Assembly: GCA_009775605.1 (NCBI GenBank)
Contig: VSPV01000001.1
Coordinates: 1-44,071, forward strand
DNA length: 44,071 nucleotides
DNA from: Paramuribaculum sp.
GTDB lineage: Bacteria; Bacteroidota; Bacteroidia; Bacteroidales; Muribaculaceae
Reading direction: 5' to 3'
Below, in pieces: positions 1 to 7,722 of this stretch. The notes beneath the pieces were generated by a model that was not told the DNA's origin, did no database searches, and saw nothing but the letters and a program-made list of their open reading frames with translations. Positions within the stretch are counted from its first letter, which is position 1; the number at the start of each line of letters is the position of its first letter. The translations under genes and the position numbers were made by a program.

Positions 1-144
1 TGCAATATGTCAATTTCGTTAATCATCATCCGATTGGGCGGATAAAATATTCTCTAATTTAATTCAACCAACAGGTCAAATATAGATAAAATCTATTTTG
101 TGGAACAGCGGGGTTGATATAAATTTGTGCCAAATGATACAGCT

Positions 145-339
145 ATGATACAAGTAGATAAAGCAATTTGCCCGCACGACCATGTATGCCCGCTTATCAA
201 GGCCTGTCCTGTCGGGGCCATAACGCAGGATGCCGAGGGATATCCTGTTATAGACCATGCCCGATGCATAGAATGTGGAAAATGTGTCAGGAAATGTCCG
301 AAGAAAGCCATGAGGCAAGTCCTTGAATCTCCGTCCTGA
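145..339 (+). CDS. Small 4Fe-4S dicluster (ferredoxin-like) protein
   Basis: MIQVDKAICPHDHVCPLIKACPVGAI...CIECGKCVRKCP: one canonical CxxCxxCxxxCP motif plus a variant first cluster. ATG at 145 preferred over GTG at 127 because a TAAATTTG promoter element lies at 120-127. Confidence 0.85.
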   Translation: MIQVDKAICPHDHVCPLIKACPVGAITQDAEGYPVIDHARCIECGKCVRKCPKKAMRQVLESPS

Positions 340-512
340 CGAAGCCCCATGGCATTCAGGCTACCGATTGAAGTGGTCTCATCCCGATTATGGGCGTATG
401 AGATAAATCTCATAATATTTGGCGATTCATTACGGAAAGCCTAACTTTACAATATTAAATATCGGAAGTCGGCCGCTAAAATAGCGGCGATTTCGAAAAT
501 AATCTTTGAATT

Positions 513-956
513 ATGAGCATGAGATTTACACCCGACAAGATCACAAAGCTGGCTCCTGACGAGATTTTCGTTTTCGGAAGCAATCTGGCAGGCCGTCATG
601 GCGGAGGCGCGGCACTCACAGCTATGCGGCTTTTTGGTGCCGAATGGGGCAAAGGAGAAGGGCTCCAAGGCCAATCCTATGCCATCCCTACCATGCAGGG
701 TGGCGTCGATACCATAAAGCCCTACGTAGACCGTTTTCTTGACCTGGCTTATGAGTGGGACCAGACAACCTTCCTTGTCACGCGTATCGGGTGTGGCATC
801 GCCGGTTTCAAACCCGAGGAAATAGCCCCGCTCTTCGACCGTGCCATCGATATGTACAACGTAGTCCTTCCCGAGGACTTCTTCAACATCCTCATCGCCC
901 GGCGCAAACGCCTCGGCATTCCCTTGCCGCCCGGCCTTCCGGATGAATACAAGTAA
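513..956 (+). CDS. A1S_2505-family (macro-domain-like) protein
   Basis: FVFGSNLAGRHGGGAA, GLQGQSYAIPT and FLVTRIGCGIAG motifs are characteristic of this family; IGCGIAG resembles the macro-domain phosphate-binding loop. Confidence 0.8.
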   Translation: MSMRFTPDKITKLAPDEIFVFGSNLAGRHGGGAALTAMRLFGAEWGKGEGLQGQSYAIPTMQGGVDTIKPYVDRFLDLAYEWDQTTFLVTRIGCGIAGFKPEEIAPLFDRAIDMYNVVLPEDFFNILIARRKRLGIPLPPGLPDEYK

Positions 957-1006
957 ATATTACTGATTATTAAAATCTAAATTGAGTTTTCATCGGTATT
1001 CAGGCT

Positions 1007-1924
1007 TTATTCCGGCGACTTGTGAAAATAAGAAATTAGCTTGTCAATACCTTCCTTGTATTTGATCGGATTCTTGGATTTGAGTTTCGCAATATTCTGG
1101 AGCTTCCATTTTATCGAAGGATATTCACTCAAATTCCCTCCACAGCATTTGCTCCAGTCAGGATTACCATTCTCAAATGAAATTAAGAAATCCTTATCTT
1201 CATCAGTCAACCCTTGATTGACTACCTCAATCAGATTTGATCTCGCTGTTTGATAATCATAATAACTGAACGGCTCGTCGGTCATTCCCTCAAATTGATT
1301 GCTGAGTGCATCTCGTTGGTCAATCGGATTGGGATTCAGAGATTCGATAATTGGCTTGTCGCTTCCCAGAAGACAGAGCATAAAGCCGTTTTTCACAGTC
1401 CCGAAATCATCAGGTTTTATCCCTCTGCAATCGAACAGGTCTCGCGGATGCTGACGGCTGAGGGCTGCGGCAATTTTTCCGCCGTAAAGTTGGCTCCATG
1501 ACACGATATTGGCAAAACAGTTCAAGCCGAATTCCGCCTTTGCTTTTTCGCAAAGCTGTATTTTCTCGGTATCGCCTAAAACACCTCTCTTGGTTCCGTT
1601 GACCTCAATCTTTATGGTAGCTCCATCCTTCGTACATTGAAGTTTCCATACATCCGGCTTATGGATGACACGAATTCCTGGAACTGCTTTCTCTATTGCT
1701 GTTTTAAGAACTGACAGATGCGAGTTGATGTTTGCAAGACTCGTAGTCCGGTCTTCCAGCGGTATGTATGTAACATCTATATCAACGGAATACCTCGGAA
1801 GGTTTCTATGGAAAAGGTTTATTGCAGTTCCTCCATGTACGGCGAAATCCTTTATCTTGAAAATGAGTGGCATCACTCTGATAATGAGTGCGACCTGTCT
1901 GCGATATATGTCATTCATAATCAT
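1007..1924 (-). CDS. abiEii: Type IV TA toxin, AbiEii/AbiGii-family nucleotidyltransferase
   Basis: HGGTAINLF, PRYSVDID, GKIAAALSRQHPRDLFD motifs; start overlaps the antitoxin stop (alternative ATG at 1918). Confidence 0.93.
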   Translation of the reverse strand: MIMNDIYRRQVALIIRVMPLIFKIKDFAVHGGTAINLFHRNLPRYSVDIDVTYIPLEDRTTSLANINSHLSVLKTAIEKAVPGIRVIHKPDVWKLQCTKDGATIKIEVNGTKRGVLGDTEKIQLCEKAKAEFGLNCFANIVSWSQLYGGKIAAALSRQHPRDLFDCRGIKPDDFGTVKNGFMLCLLGSDKPIIESLNPNPIDQRDALSNQFEGMTDEPFSYYDYQTARSNLIEVVNQGLTDEDKDFLISFENGNPDWSKCCGGNLSEYPSIKWKLQNIAKLKSKNPIKYKEGIDKLISYFHKSPE

Positions 1925-2675
1925 TCAATTCTTTAGGAACAGTAATGCGATATTTGGAGCTATAGACTCCATTGTTAACCAGCTTTAGTTTGGAAGTCGT
2001 CAATTCGAATTTATCCGTGTCGAGCATATCAAACCAGTAGTGTCCGGCTTTTTCTGCCATATATAGAAACATCCTTTTTACCCGTTGGCTTGATGTGTTT
2101 TCAAGCGCAGTCTGTACATTATCTGAATCAAGTGATGTCAACTGCTCCATTATATAGTACAAATCCATATAATTATAGTAATCCGGTACGAGATGCAGAC
2201 ATTCTAAAAAAGCCTGCTCCGGCGATGATATTATTATGGATAAGCCGTTTTTGTCAAGGAATTGGGTTGTGGGATTCTTAAAGATACTTGTATGAAACGG
2301 CAATATCGTCATGTCATACTTATCACTCCTGACCCAATCATCAAAATGACCTGACGCAAATGCGACCATCAGCCGTGGTTTACCCATCGGCACATAATGG
2401 TTGAACCCTAGAAGTTCGAGTGCCGAATGTGCTGCTATTCGTGCTATCTTTCCCGTCTGATGATTATAGCTGTAAACGGCAGCCAATGCAGAAAGATTAT
2501 CATTCTTTCTGTACATTACGCCATGCGACAATCCTTCGAGCCACCCTGAATCCCTGTATTTTTTCAAGAGTTGAGCGGAATAACCCTCTTTCCGAAGCCA
2601 AGCGGCAAACAGAAGGCCGCCGGGAACTGCGTCAATAAGAAGCCGGTTGATTTTTGATGGAATTGATATGCTCAT
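1911..2675 (-). CDS. abiEi: Type IV TA antitoxin, AbiEi-family transcriptional regulator
   Basis: N-terminal wHTH-like region (KYRDSGWLEGLSHGVMYR), SALELLGFNHY, SSPEQAFLECL, VKRMFLYMAEKAGH; directly upstream of and overlapping abiEii. Confidence 0.9.
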   Translation of the reverse strand: MSISIPSKINRLLIDAVPGGLLFAAWLRKEGYSAQLLKKYRDSGWLEGLSHGVMYRKNDNLSALAAVYSYNHQTGKIARIAAHSALELLGFNHYVPMGKPRLMVAFASGHFDDWVRSDKYDMTILPFHTSIFKNPTTQFLDKNGLSIIISSPEQAFLECLHLVPDYYNYMDLYYIMEQLTSLDSDNVQTALENTSSQRVKRMFLYMAEKAGHYWFDMLDTDKFELTTSKLKLVNNGVYSSKYRITVPKELNDYE

Positions 2676-2863
2676 AGTTGATTACGTCTTTGAAATATCA
2701 ACTGTAAAGTTAGCTAAAAAGTTTGAACGGCCTACCCATTAAGTTGAAAATAATGCGAGTAGATACATTTGTAGTGTATTTTATGTGTGAAATTTCCACT
2801 AATCGTACCGAGCTTGATTATCATCCCATTCTAATTTATAATTTAGAATATGCCAATAAAACA

Positions 2864-2898
2864 CAAACGCTTGCAATTTAGATGATTGCAAGCGTTTG
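2864..2898 (-). terminator. Hairpin downstream of tmRNA (intrinsic terminator and/or att-associated dyad)
   Basis: Perfect 14-bp inverted repeat CAAACGCTTGCAAT / ATTGCAAGCGTTTG with a 7-nt loop, followed on the minus strand by TGTTTTATT. Confidence 0.7.
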
Positions 2899-2909
2899 CA
2901 AGACTTTTG

Positions 2910-3308
2910 TGGAGCTGGAGGGACTCGAACCCTCGTCCAGTCGTGGAATCAATAAGCTTTCTACATGCTTAGTCGGTTGTTGGTTTTAGTCCGGCGGCAG
3001 GGAAACGACACCCAATCGCCGGCTTATCCTCTAAGATTTCGGACGCTTCGCGAGGATTCCCGCGTCCTATTCCCGATTTACCTGCACCGCCTGGTCGATT
3101 AGTCTCGGAAAAACGACAATCGGGCGATGTCTTGTCGCTGCAACTGTTGCGGCGATTAAGCGTGATCTACTGTACTTCGATCAGGCAGCAAGAGCGTAGT
3201 TGTTTTCGCCATTTAGAAAAGTTGATGTCGGAGATTTAAGAGCACCATCCATCATGGCTCTGCATGCTTACTTACCCATTCTTCACGCTGTCAAAACCGG
3301 TCAACCCC
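2910..3308 (-). ncRNA. ssrA: tmRNA (transfer-messenger RNA)
   Basis: Minus strand begins GGGGTTGACCGGTTTTGACAG and ends GAGGGTTCGAGTCCCTCCAGCTCCA (tRNA-Ala-like acceptor stem with G3.U, T-arm). Tag ORF GENNYALAA* at 3210-3181. CCA tail not fully encoded. Confidence 0.97.
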
Positions 3309-3392
3309 TTTTGTTAGGCTGACGGGCCATGCGCCGAAGGCATGACGGTAAGCCGTCGGGACTCATGCCTCTGCATTTTATCCCATTTTCTA

Positions 3393-3400
3393 CAAAGTTA
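3393..3400 (-). promoter_or_regulatory. Bacteroidetes -7 promoter element for ssrA
   Basis: TAACTTTG on the minus strand about 85 nt upstream of the mature tmRNA 5' end. Confidence 0.65.
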
Positions 3401-3546
3401 CGCTTTTTCTTCGGAATTTGTTCGTATTGCCCCGATAATTTAACCGTTTTAACATTTTCTTGTGCTAACTTTTATTTATCAGAGCTAATCAATTATAAAT
3501 ATACCTCTTTTTTGCAGTCAATATGGGATAAATCTCCGATTTTTAT

Positions 3547-3554
3547 TAATTTTG
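3547..3554 (+). promoter_or_regulatory. Bacteroidetes -7 promoter element for the NhaC-family gene
   Basis: TAATTTTG in an AT-rich intergenic region upstream of the ORF. Confidence 0.6.
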
Positions 3555-3629
3555 CGATTCGGAAAGCGTAACGACCCGAGGGAAACGTCCCTTCTTTCCC
3601 TTAAGAATACAATTAACCGAAATCGAAGA

Positions 3630-5123
3630 ATGTTTTTAAGCAATAGAATGTCAGATGGACAACGTAACCGCGCCCCGCGGCCTACCATGCCTTCTCTTCT
3701 CGTGTCATTGATTCCAATCATAGTCCTGCTTGCCGCTCTCGTGCTCATAATAGCCGTGAAGGGGGCCGCTCTTGTGCAGGATTACAGTTATTATATTCTG
3801 CTTGCGGCCAGTGCAGGAGGCATATTGCTGGGTATGGCTTTCACATCGCGCACGCGCCGCTGCCTGCTTCCGGGCATAGCCAAGAGCGCGCGTCAGATAT
3901 TGCCTGCCATACCTATCCTCTTGCTCATCGGCACGCTTTCGGCCACATGGATGTTCTCCGGCCTCGTTCCCACGCTCATCGACTATGGCCTGCGTCTGCT
4001 CAGTCCCTCGCTGTTTCTTGCCACAGCGTGCCTTATATGCGCCGTGGTGTCCGTGGTCACCGGCAGTTCCTGGACCACTATCGCCACCATAGGTGTGGCT
4101 CTTCTTGGCGTGGGCACCGTGATGGGTTATTCGCCCGGCTGGGTTGCCGGAGCCATAATCTCCGGAGCCTACTTCGGCGACAAGGTCTCGCCTCTGAGCG
4201 ACACCACCATTCTTGCCTCAAGCTCCTGCGGGGTTAATCTCTTCACCCATATCCGTTTCCTCATGCTCACATCCATGCCTGCCATGGCCGTGGCTCTTGC
4301 CGTATACCTTGGCGTTGGCATGACTTCCGAACTCACCGACGGCGCCCAGGCCCAGGCCATTTCCGAGGCTCTGCACCGCTCGTTTGTAATCACTCCCTGG
4401 GTTCTCCTCATCCCGCTGATTACCGTTATAATGATAGCCACGCGTCGTGGAACGGTGGTTACGCTTGCCGTGGGCACTGTAGCCGGCCTGATAGGTATGT
4501 GGGTGTTGCAGCCCGGCATCACCTCCGCGCTTGGAGCAGGCTCCATGACCGACAATATTCTGCTTTCGCTGCGTCTTCTCCTTACCGATACATCCGTCCC
4601 CATGGGCGATGCCACTCTCGATTCCCTCACATCCACCGGCGGTGTGTCAGGCATGATGGGAACGGTATATCTCGTGCTCAGCGCCATGCTGTTCGGAGGC
4701 GTGATGATGGGCACCGGAATGATGACGGTTATCACCCACGCCATCACGTCGCGGCTACGGCGCACAAGCCGTCTTGTCACCACCACCGTGGCAAGCGGGC
4801 TGTTTCTCAACTCCTGCACCGGCGACCAGTATCTTTCCATTATTCTTGGCGGAAATGTGTTCAAGAAGGCTTACCGTCGGCGCAACGTAAAGCCGCAGGT
4901 GCTCAGCCGCACGCTTGAGGATTCGATTTCAGTCACCTCCGTTCTTATCCCGTGGAACAGTTGCGGCGTCACGCAGTCAACCGTGCTTGGCGTGGCCACG
5001 CTTATCTACCTTCCATTCTGTATTTTCAATATAATGAGTCCCGTGATGAGCATTGCCATGGCCTGGATTGGCTGGAAACTCCATCACCCAGTAGAGGCCG
5101 TTCCGGCCGAGGCTGCAGCCTGA
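3630..5123 (+). CDS. nhaC: Na+/H+ antiporter NhaC-family transporter
   Basis: GSSWTTIATIG, GAIISGAYFGDKVSPLSDTT, SRTLED, LIPWNSCG motifs and many TM segments. Start uncertain (ATG at 3630, 3648 or 3687); substrate could be an amino acid. Confidence 0.9.
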   Translation: MFLSNRMSDGQRNRAPRPTMPSLLVSLIPIIVLLAALVLIIAVKGAALVQDYSYYILLAASAGGILLGMAFTSRTRRCLLPGIAKSARQILPAIPILLLIGTLSATWMFSGLVPTLIDYGLRLLSPSLFLATACLICAVVSVVTGSSWTTIATIGVALLGVGTVMGYSPGWVAGAIISGAYFGDKVSPLSDTTILASSSCGVNLFTHIRFLMLTSMPAMAVALAVYLGVGMTSELTDGAQAQAISEALHRSFVITPWVLLIPLITVIMIATRRGTVVTLAVGTVAGLIGMWVLQPGITSALGAGSMTDNILLSLRLLLTDTSVPMGDATLDSLTSTGGVSGMMGTVYLVLSAMLFGGVMMGTGMMTVITHAITSRLRRTSRLVTTTVASGLFLNSCTGDQYLSIILGGNVFKKAYRRRNVKPQVLSRTLEDSISVTSVLIPWNSCGVTQSTVLGVATLIYLPFCIFNIMSPVMSIAMAWIGWKLHHPVEAVPAEAAA

Positions 5124-5157
5124 CGCACATCCCCCGCAACGTAATATACGTTTTTGT

Positions 5158-5346
5158 TTATTTGCCGCGCATTTTCTCCCGGCGTTTCAACACCAGATGG
5201 AGCACCAGAATGCACGCGAGCGTGGCGCCGATTATCCCGAAATAATACAGATAATTTCCAGCCAGCAGTTCGCCGCGGCCTATATACGCCATAACGCCGA
5301 GATATGCCAGCAGGAGCAGCGGTATTATGGTGGATCGACGCTTCAT
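5158..5346 (-). CDS. Small two-TM hypothetical membrane protein
   Basis: 62 aa, two hydrophobic segments and a basic tail; ATGA overlap with the upstream exonuclease. Confidence 0.7.
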   Translation of the reverse strand: MKRRSTIIPLLLLAYLGVMAYIGRGELLAGNYLYYFGIIGATLACILVLHLVLKRREKMRGK

Positions 5347-6104
5347 TGCTTTACTTTTTTGGCAGTGGTTCCGCTGCTTCTTTTCCGGCGCGCCGTAGTC
5401 TTTTTCTCAGGTGCGGCCGTAGTCTTTTTCTCCGGCTCACAAGCCGGCGCTTCCGCTTTTTCTTCCTCAGGAACTTCTGGTTCGGGTATAACGATGTATT
5501 CCGACTTGAATGGGTCAAACCGGCCTTCTGTAAGCTCGTCGTAAAGCTTCAGGCATGCCCATGCGTCGATGGCGGCGTAGAGCTGCTGCGCGGGGGAAAG
5601 TTCGGTCGCCTCCCAGTTGCTCAGGCGTTGTGCCTTCGATATGCGCTGGCCGAACACCACGGCGAAAATCTTCTGAAGGCTGCTGTCGATTATGCCGTAG
5701 TCCCTCACAAATGCCTGCAGGTCTATGAATCCCTGCGGCTCAAACTCGCTTATCTTGTGGAGCACGAAAAAGTCGTCCTTGAGCGAGAGACCTATTTTCC
5801 TCACCTTATCGTTTTCCATGAATTTACGCAGTTCGTCGAAAAATCCCAGGCGGTTGAGCCTGATGAGATAGCAGCGCTCACGGGTGGAAATCTGAACCAG
5901 CGACACCGTATGGGTGCGTCCCTTGGTGAACGTAGGCCGTGTCTCGGTGTCGAATCCCACAATCGCTTCCTTCTCCAGAGCTTCCAGCGCCGTCAGGGCA
6001 TCCTCTATCGTATCCACCACGGTAATCTCTCCGTGGTAGTCCACAATCGGGAGTTGCGACAACGCTTCTTTGCTTATGGCTATATCGGGATATTGCGGGT
6101 CCAT
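5343..6104 (-). CDS. 3'-5' exonuclease (DEDDy, RNase D/WRN-like)
   Basis: VGFDTETRP (ExoI), LSNWE and YAAIDA (ExoIII) motifs; low-complexity charged C-terminal tail. Confidence 0.9.
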   Translation of the reverse strand: MDPQYPDIAISKEALSQLPIVDYHGEITVVDTIEDALTALEALEKEAIVGFDTETRPTFTKGRTHTVSLVQISTRERCYLIRLNRLGFFDELRKFMENDKVRKIGLSLKDDFFVLHKISEFEPQGFIDLQAFVRDYGIIDSSLQKIFAVVFGQRISKAQRLSNWEATELSPAQQLYAAIDAWACLKLYDELTEGRFDPFKSEYIVIPEPEVPEEEKAEAPACEPEKKTTAAPEKKTTARRKRSSGTTAKKVKQ

Positions 6105-6118
6105 GGCGATTCTGAATG

Positions 6119-6766
6119 TCAGAGTTTTATTGTCGGGATATCGATTATTGCCGTGCCGGGGAAGTGACGGCTTACGTAGCGCTCCGTATAGGCGCGTGTG
6201 TCGTCAGCAATCGGCTTGCCGGCTGCGGCGTCGAAATAGTGGTTATACAGCACAGCCTCAAGCTTTATGCCCCGGCTCTTTATGGCCTCGAGCGAGAGCA
6301 CGGTATGGTTTATCGAGCCGAGCCGTGAGTTTGTCACGAGCATCACGGGCAGCTTGTGGTCAGTCACATAATCAATGGCTAAATAATCGTCGGTGATAGG
6401 CACCATCAGGCCTCCGGCACCTTCTATCAGCACCCGGTCGTAGCGCTCGGCCAGAACGGCCGTTGACCGGTCTATCGCAGTCAGGTCTATCTCACGGCCG
6501 TCTATGCGGGCGGCAAGCTGTGCCGATGCCGGATAGCTCAGCACCACCGGCGCGGTGGTGTGGTCGGTGTCCTCGGGGAGTTGGCCCGTGCCTGTGATTT
6601 TCCGGTGTAGCTCTATGTCCTCACTGAATGCGTCGCATCCGGTCTGTATAAATTTCTGTGTGGCCACCTTCAGCCCCTGCGATGCAAGTTCGCGCGCAAG
6701 CCAGCCGGTAGCGTAGCTCTTCCCGGCGTCCGTGTCTATTCCTGTTATGAATGTTACCTGGCTCAT
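6119..6766 (-). CDS. bioD: Dethiobiotin synthase
   Basis: FITGIDTDAGKS P-loop, KFIQTG, LIEGAGGLMVP, LGSINHT motifs. Confidence 0.95.
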   Translation of the reverse strand: MSQVTFITGIDTDAGKSYATGWLARELASQGLKVATQKFIQTGCDAFSEDIELHRKITGTGQLPEDTDHTTAPVVLSYPASAQLAARIDGREIDLTAIDRSTAVLAERYDRVLIEGAGGLMVPITDDYLAIDYVTDHKLPVMLVTNSRLGSINHTVLSLEAIKSRGIKLEAVLYNHYFDAAAGKPIADDTRAYTERYVSRHFPGTAIIDIPTIKL

Positions 6767-7623
6767 TTCTTCTTTTTAGCCGGAGCCTCGTCGGCGAAAT
6801 GGTTGGGGAAAGAGAGTTCCACCGGTTTATGTGTCATGGCGTAGATCACCAGACCTATGCCGAGAAGAATGAACGGAATGCTCAGCAGCTGGCCCATGTT
6901 CAGGGTCATGTTCTCCTCGAAAGCCACCTGATTGTTCTTGACGAATTCTATGAGGAAACGCGGCAGGAAAATGCCAATGAAGAACACACCGAATATCAGT
7001 CCGGGGCGCCGCTCGGCATTCTTTTTCCAGTACATCCACATCAGCAGCCCGAAGAGCGCGAGATAGCAGAGCGATTCATATATCTGCGTAGGGTGGCACG
7101 CCTGTCCGGCATAGAGAGTCTGCCACTCCTGGGAGCGCACGAACATCATGCCCCAGGGAAGGTCGGTAGGATGGCCGAATATCTCCGAGTTCATCAGGTT
7201 GCCGAAGCGTATCATGGCGCCTACAAGCGCTATCGGTATCACCAGGCGGTCAAACGCCCACAGCGGATTGCGCTTCGTCGTGAACCATGAGAAGCAGAAC
7301 ACGCCTATCATCACGCCTATCGTGCCGCCGTGGCTGGCGAGACCGCCGTGCCATATCTGGAGTATCTCCATGGGATTCTTGGAATAGTAGTCCCATTCGT
7401 AGAATAACACGTGACCCAGACGGGCGCCTATTATGGTGCCTGCCATAGTCCACAGCAGGAGTATGCCCAGCCATTTCTCGGGGGCACCTTCATGGCGGTA
7501 GATCCGCGCTTCTATTTCGTATCCTATCAGGAAGCCGAGGGCGAACATCAGCCCGTACCACCTCACCTGAATGAAGGAGTCGATGAGGAATGGATTGGCG
7601 TTCCAGACTATATGGTCAAGCAT
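6763..7623 (-). CDS. lgt: Prolipoprotein diacylglyceryl transferase
   Basis: VRWYG, GARLGHV, GGLASHGG, IRFGNLMNSE, HPTQIYE, RFLIEFVK motifs. Confidence 0.97.
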   Translation of the reverse strand: MLDHIVWNANPFLIDSFIQVRWYGLMFALGFLIGYEIEARIYRHEGAPEKWLGILLLWTMAGTIIGARLGHVLFYEWDYYSKNPMEILQIWHGGLASHGGTIGVMIGVFCFSWFTTKRNPLWAFDRLVIPIALVGAMIRFGNLMNSEIFGHPTDLPWGMMFVRSQEWQTLYAGQACHPTQIYESLCYLALFGLLMWMYWKKNAERRPGLIFGVFFIGIFLPRFLIEFVKNNQVAFEENMTLNMGQLLSIPFILLGIGLVIYAMTHKPVELSFPNHFADEAPAKKKK

Positions 7624-7650
7624 AATTCAAACAGTTTTCGGGGTACAGAT

Positions 7651-7686
7651 AAAAAATTGCGCCCGGTATTTTCCGGGCGCAAATTT
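7651..7686 (-). terminator. Intrinsic terminator after the pyrB-pyrI-flavin reductase-glyA-sulfatase run
   Basis: Minus strand TTGCGCCCGG-AAAATA-CCGGGCGCAA followed by TTTTTT. Confidence 0.75.
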
Positions 7687-7722
7687 AGCTATTTTTTATG
7701 GCAATCCTATATGAATAGGCGC

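Larger units (their letters stand above)
1..2909. mobile_element. Right-hand end of a probable genomic island integrated at the tmRNA 3' end (extends beyond the left edge of the window)
   Basis: Visibly AT-richer than the core genes, accessory/defence cargo, and ends at the ssrA 3' end. No integrase or duplicated att site is visible in the window. Confidence 0.6.

Noticed and set aside
2910..2940. tRNA-like T-arm and acceptor end
   Set aside because: It is the 3' tRNA-like domain of tmRNA; the matching 5' end at 3308 and the tag ORF are present.
3552..3629. Extended N-termini from the ORF track (nhaC 3552, pyrB 12676, BamA/TamA 26939, HAD 29377, DUF3575 31747, Mfa2 36220)
   Set aside because: These starts overlap promoter elements, hairpins or upstream genes, or displace the signal peptide; downstream ATGs fit better.
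5391..5435. 24-bp duplication encoding PEKKTTA twice in the exonuclease tail
   Set aside because: Ordinary low-complexity duplication in a disordered C-terminus.
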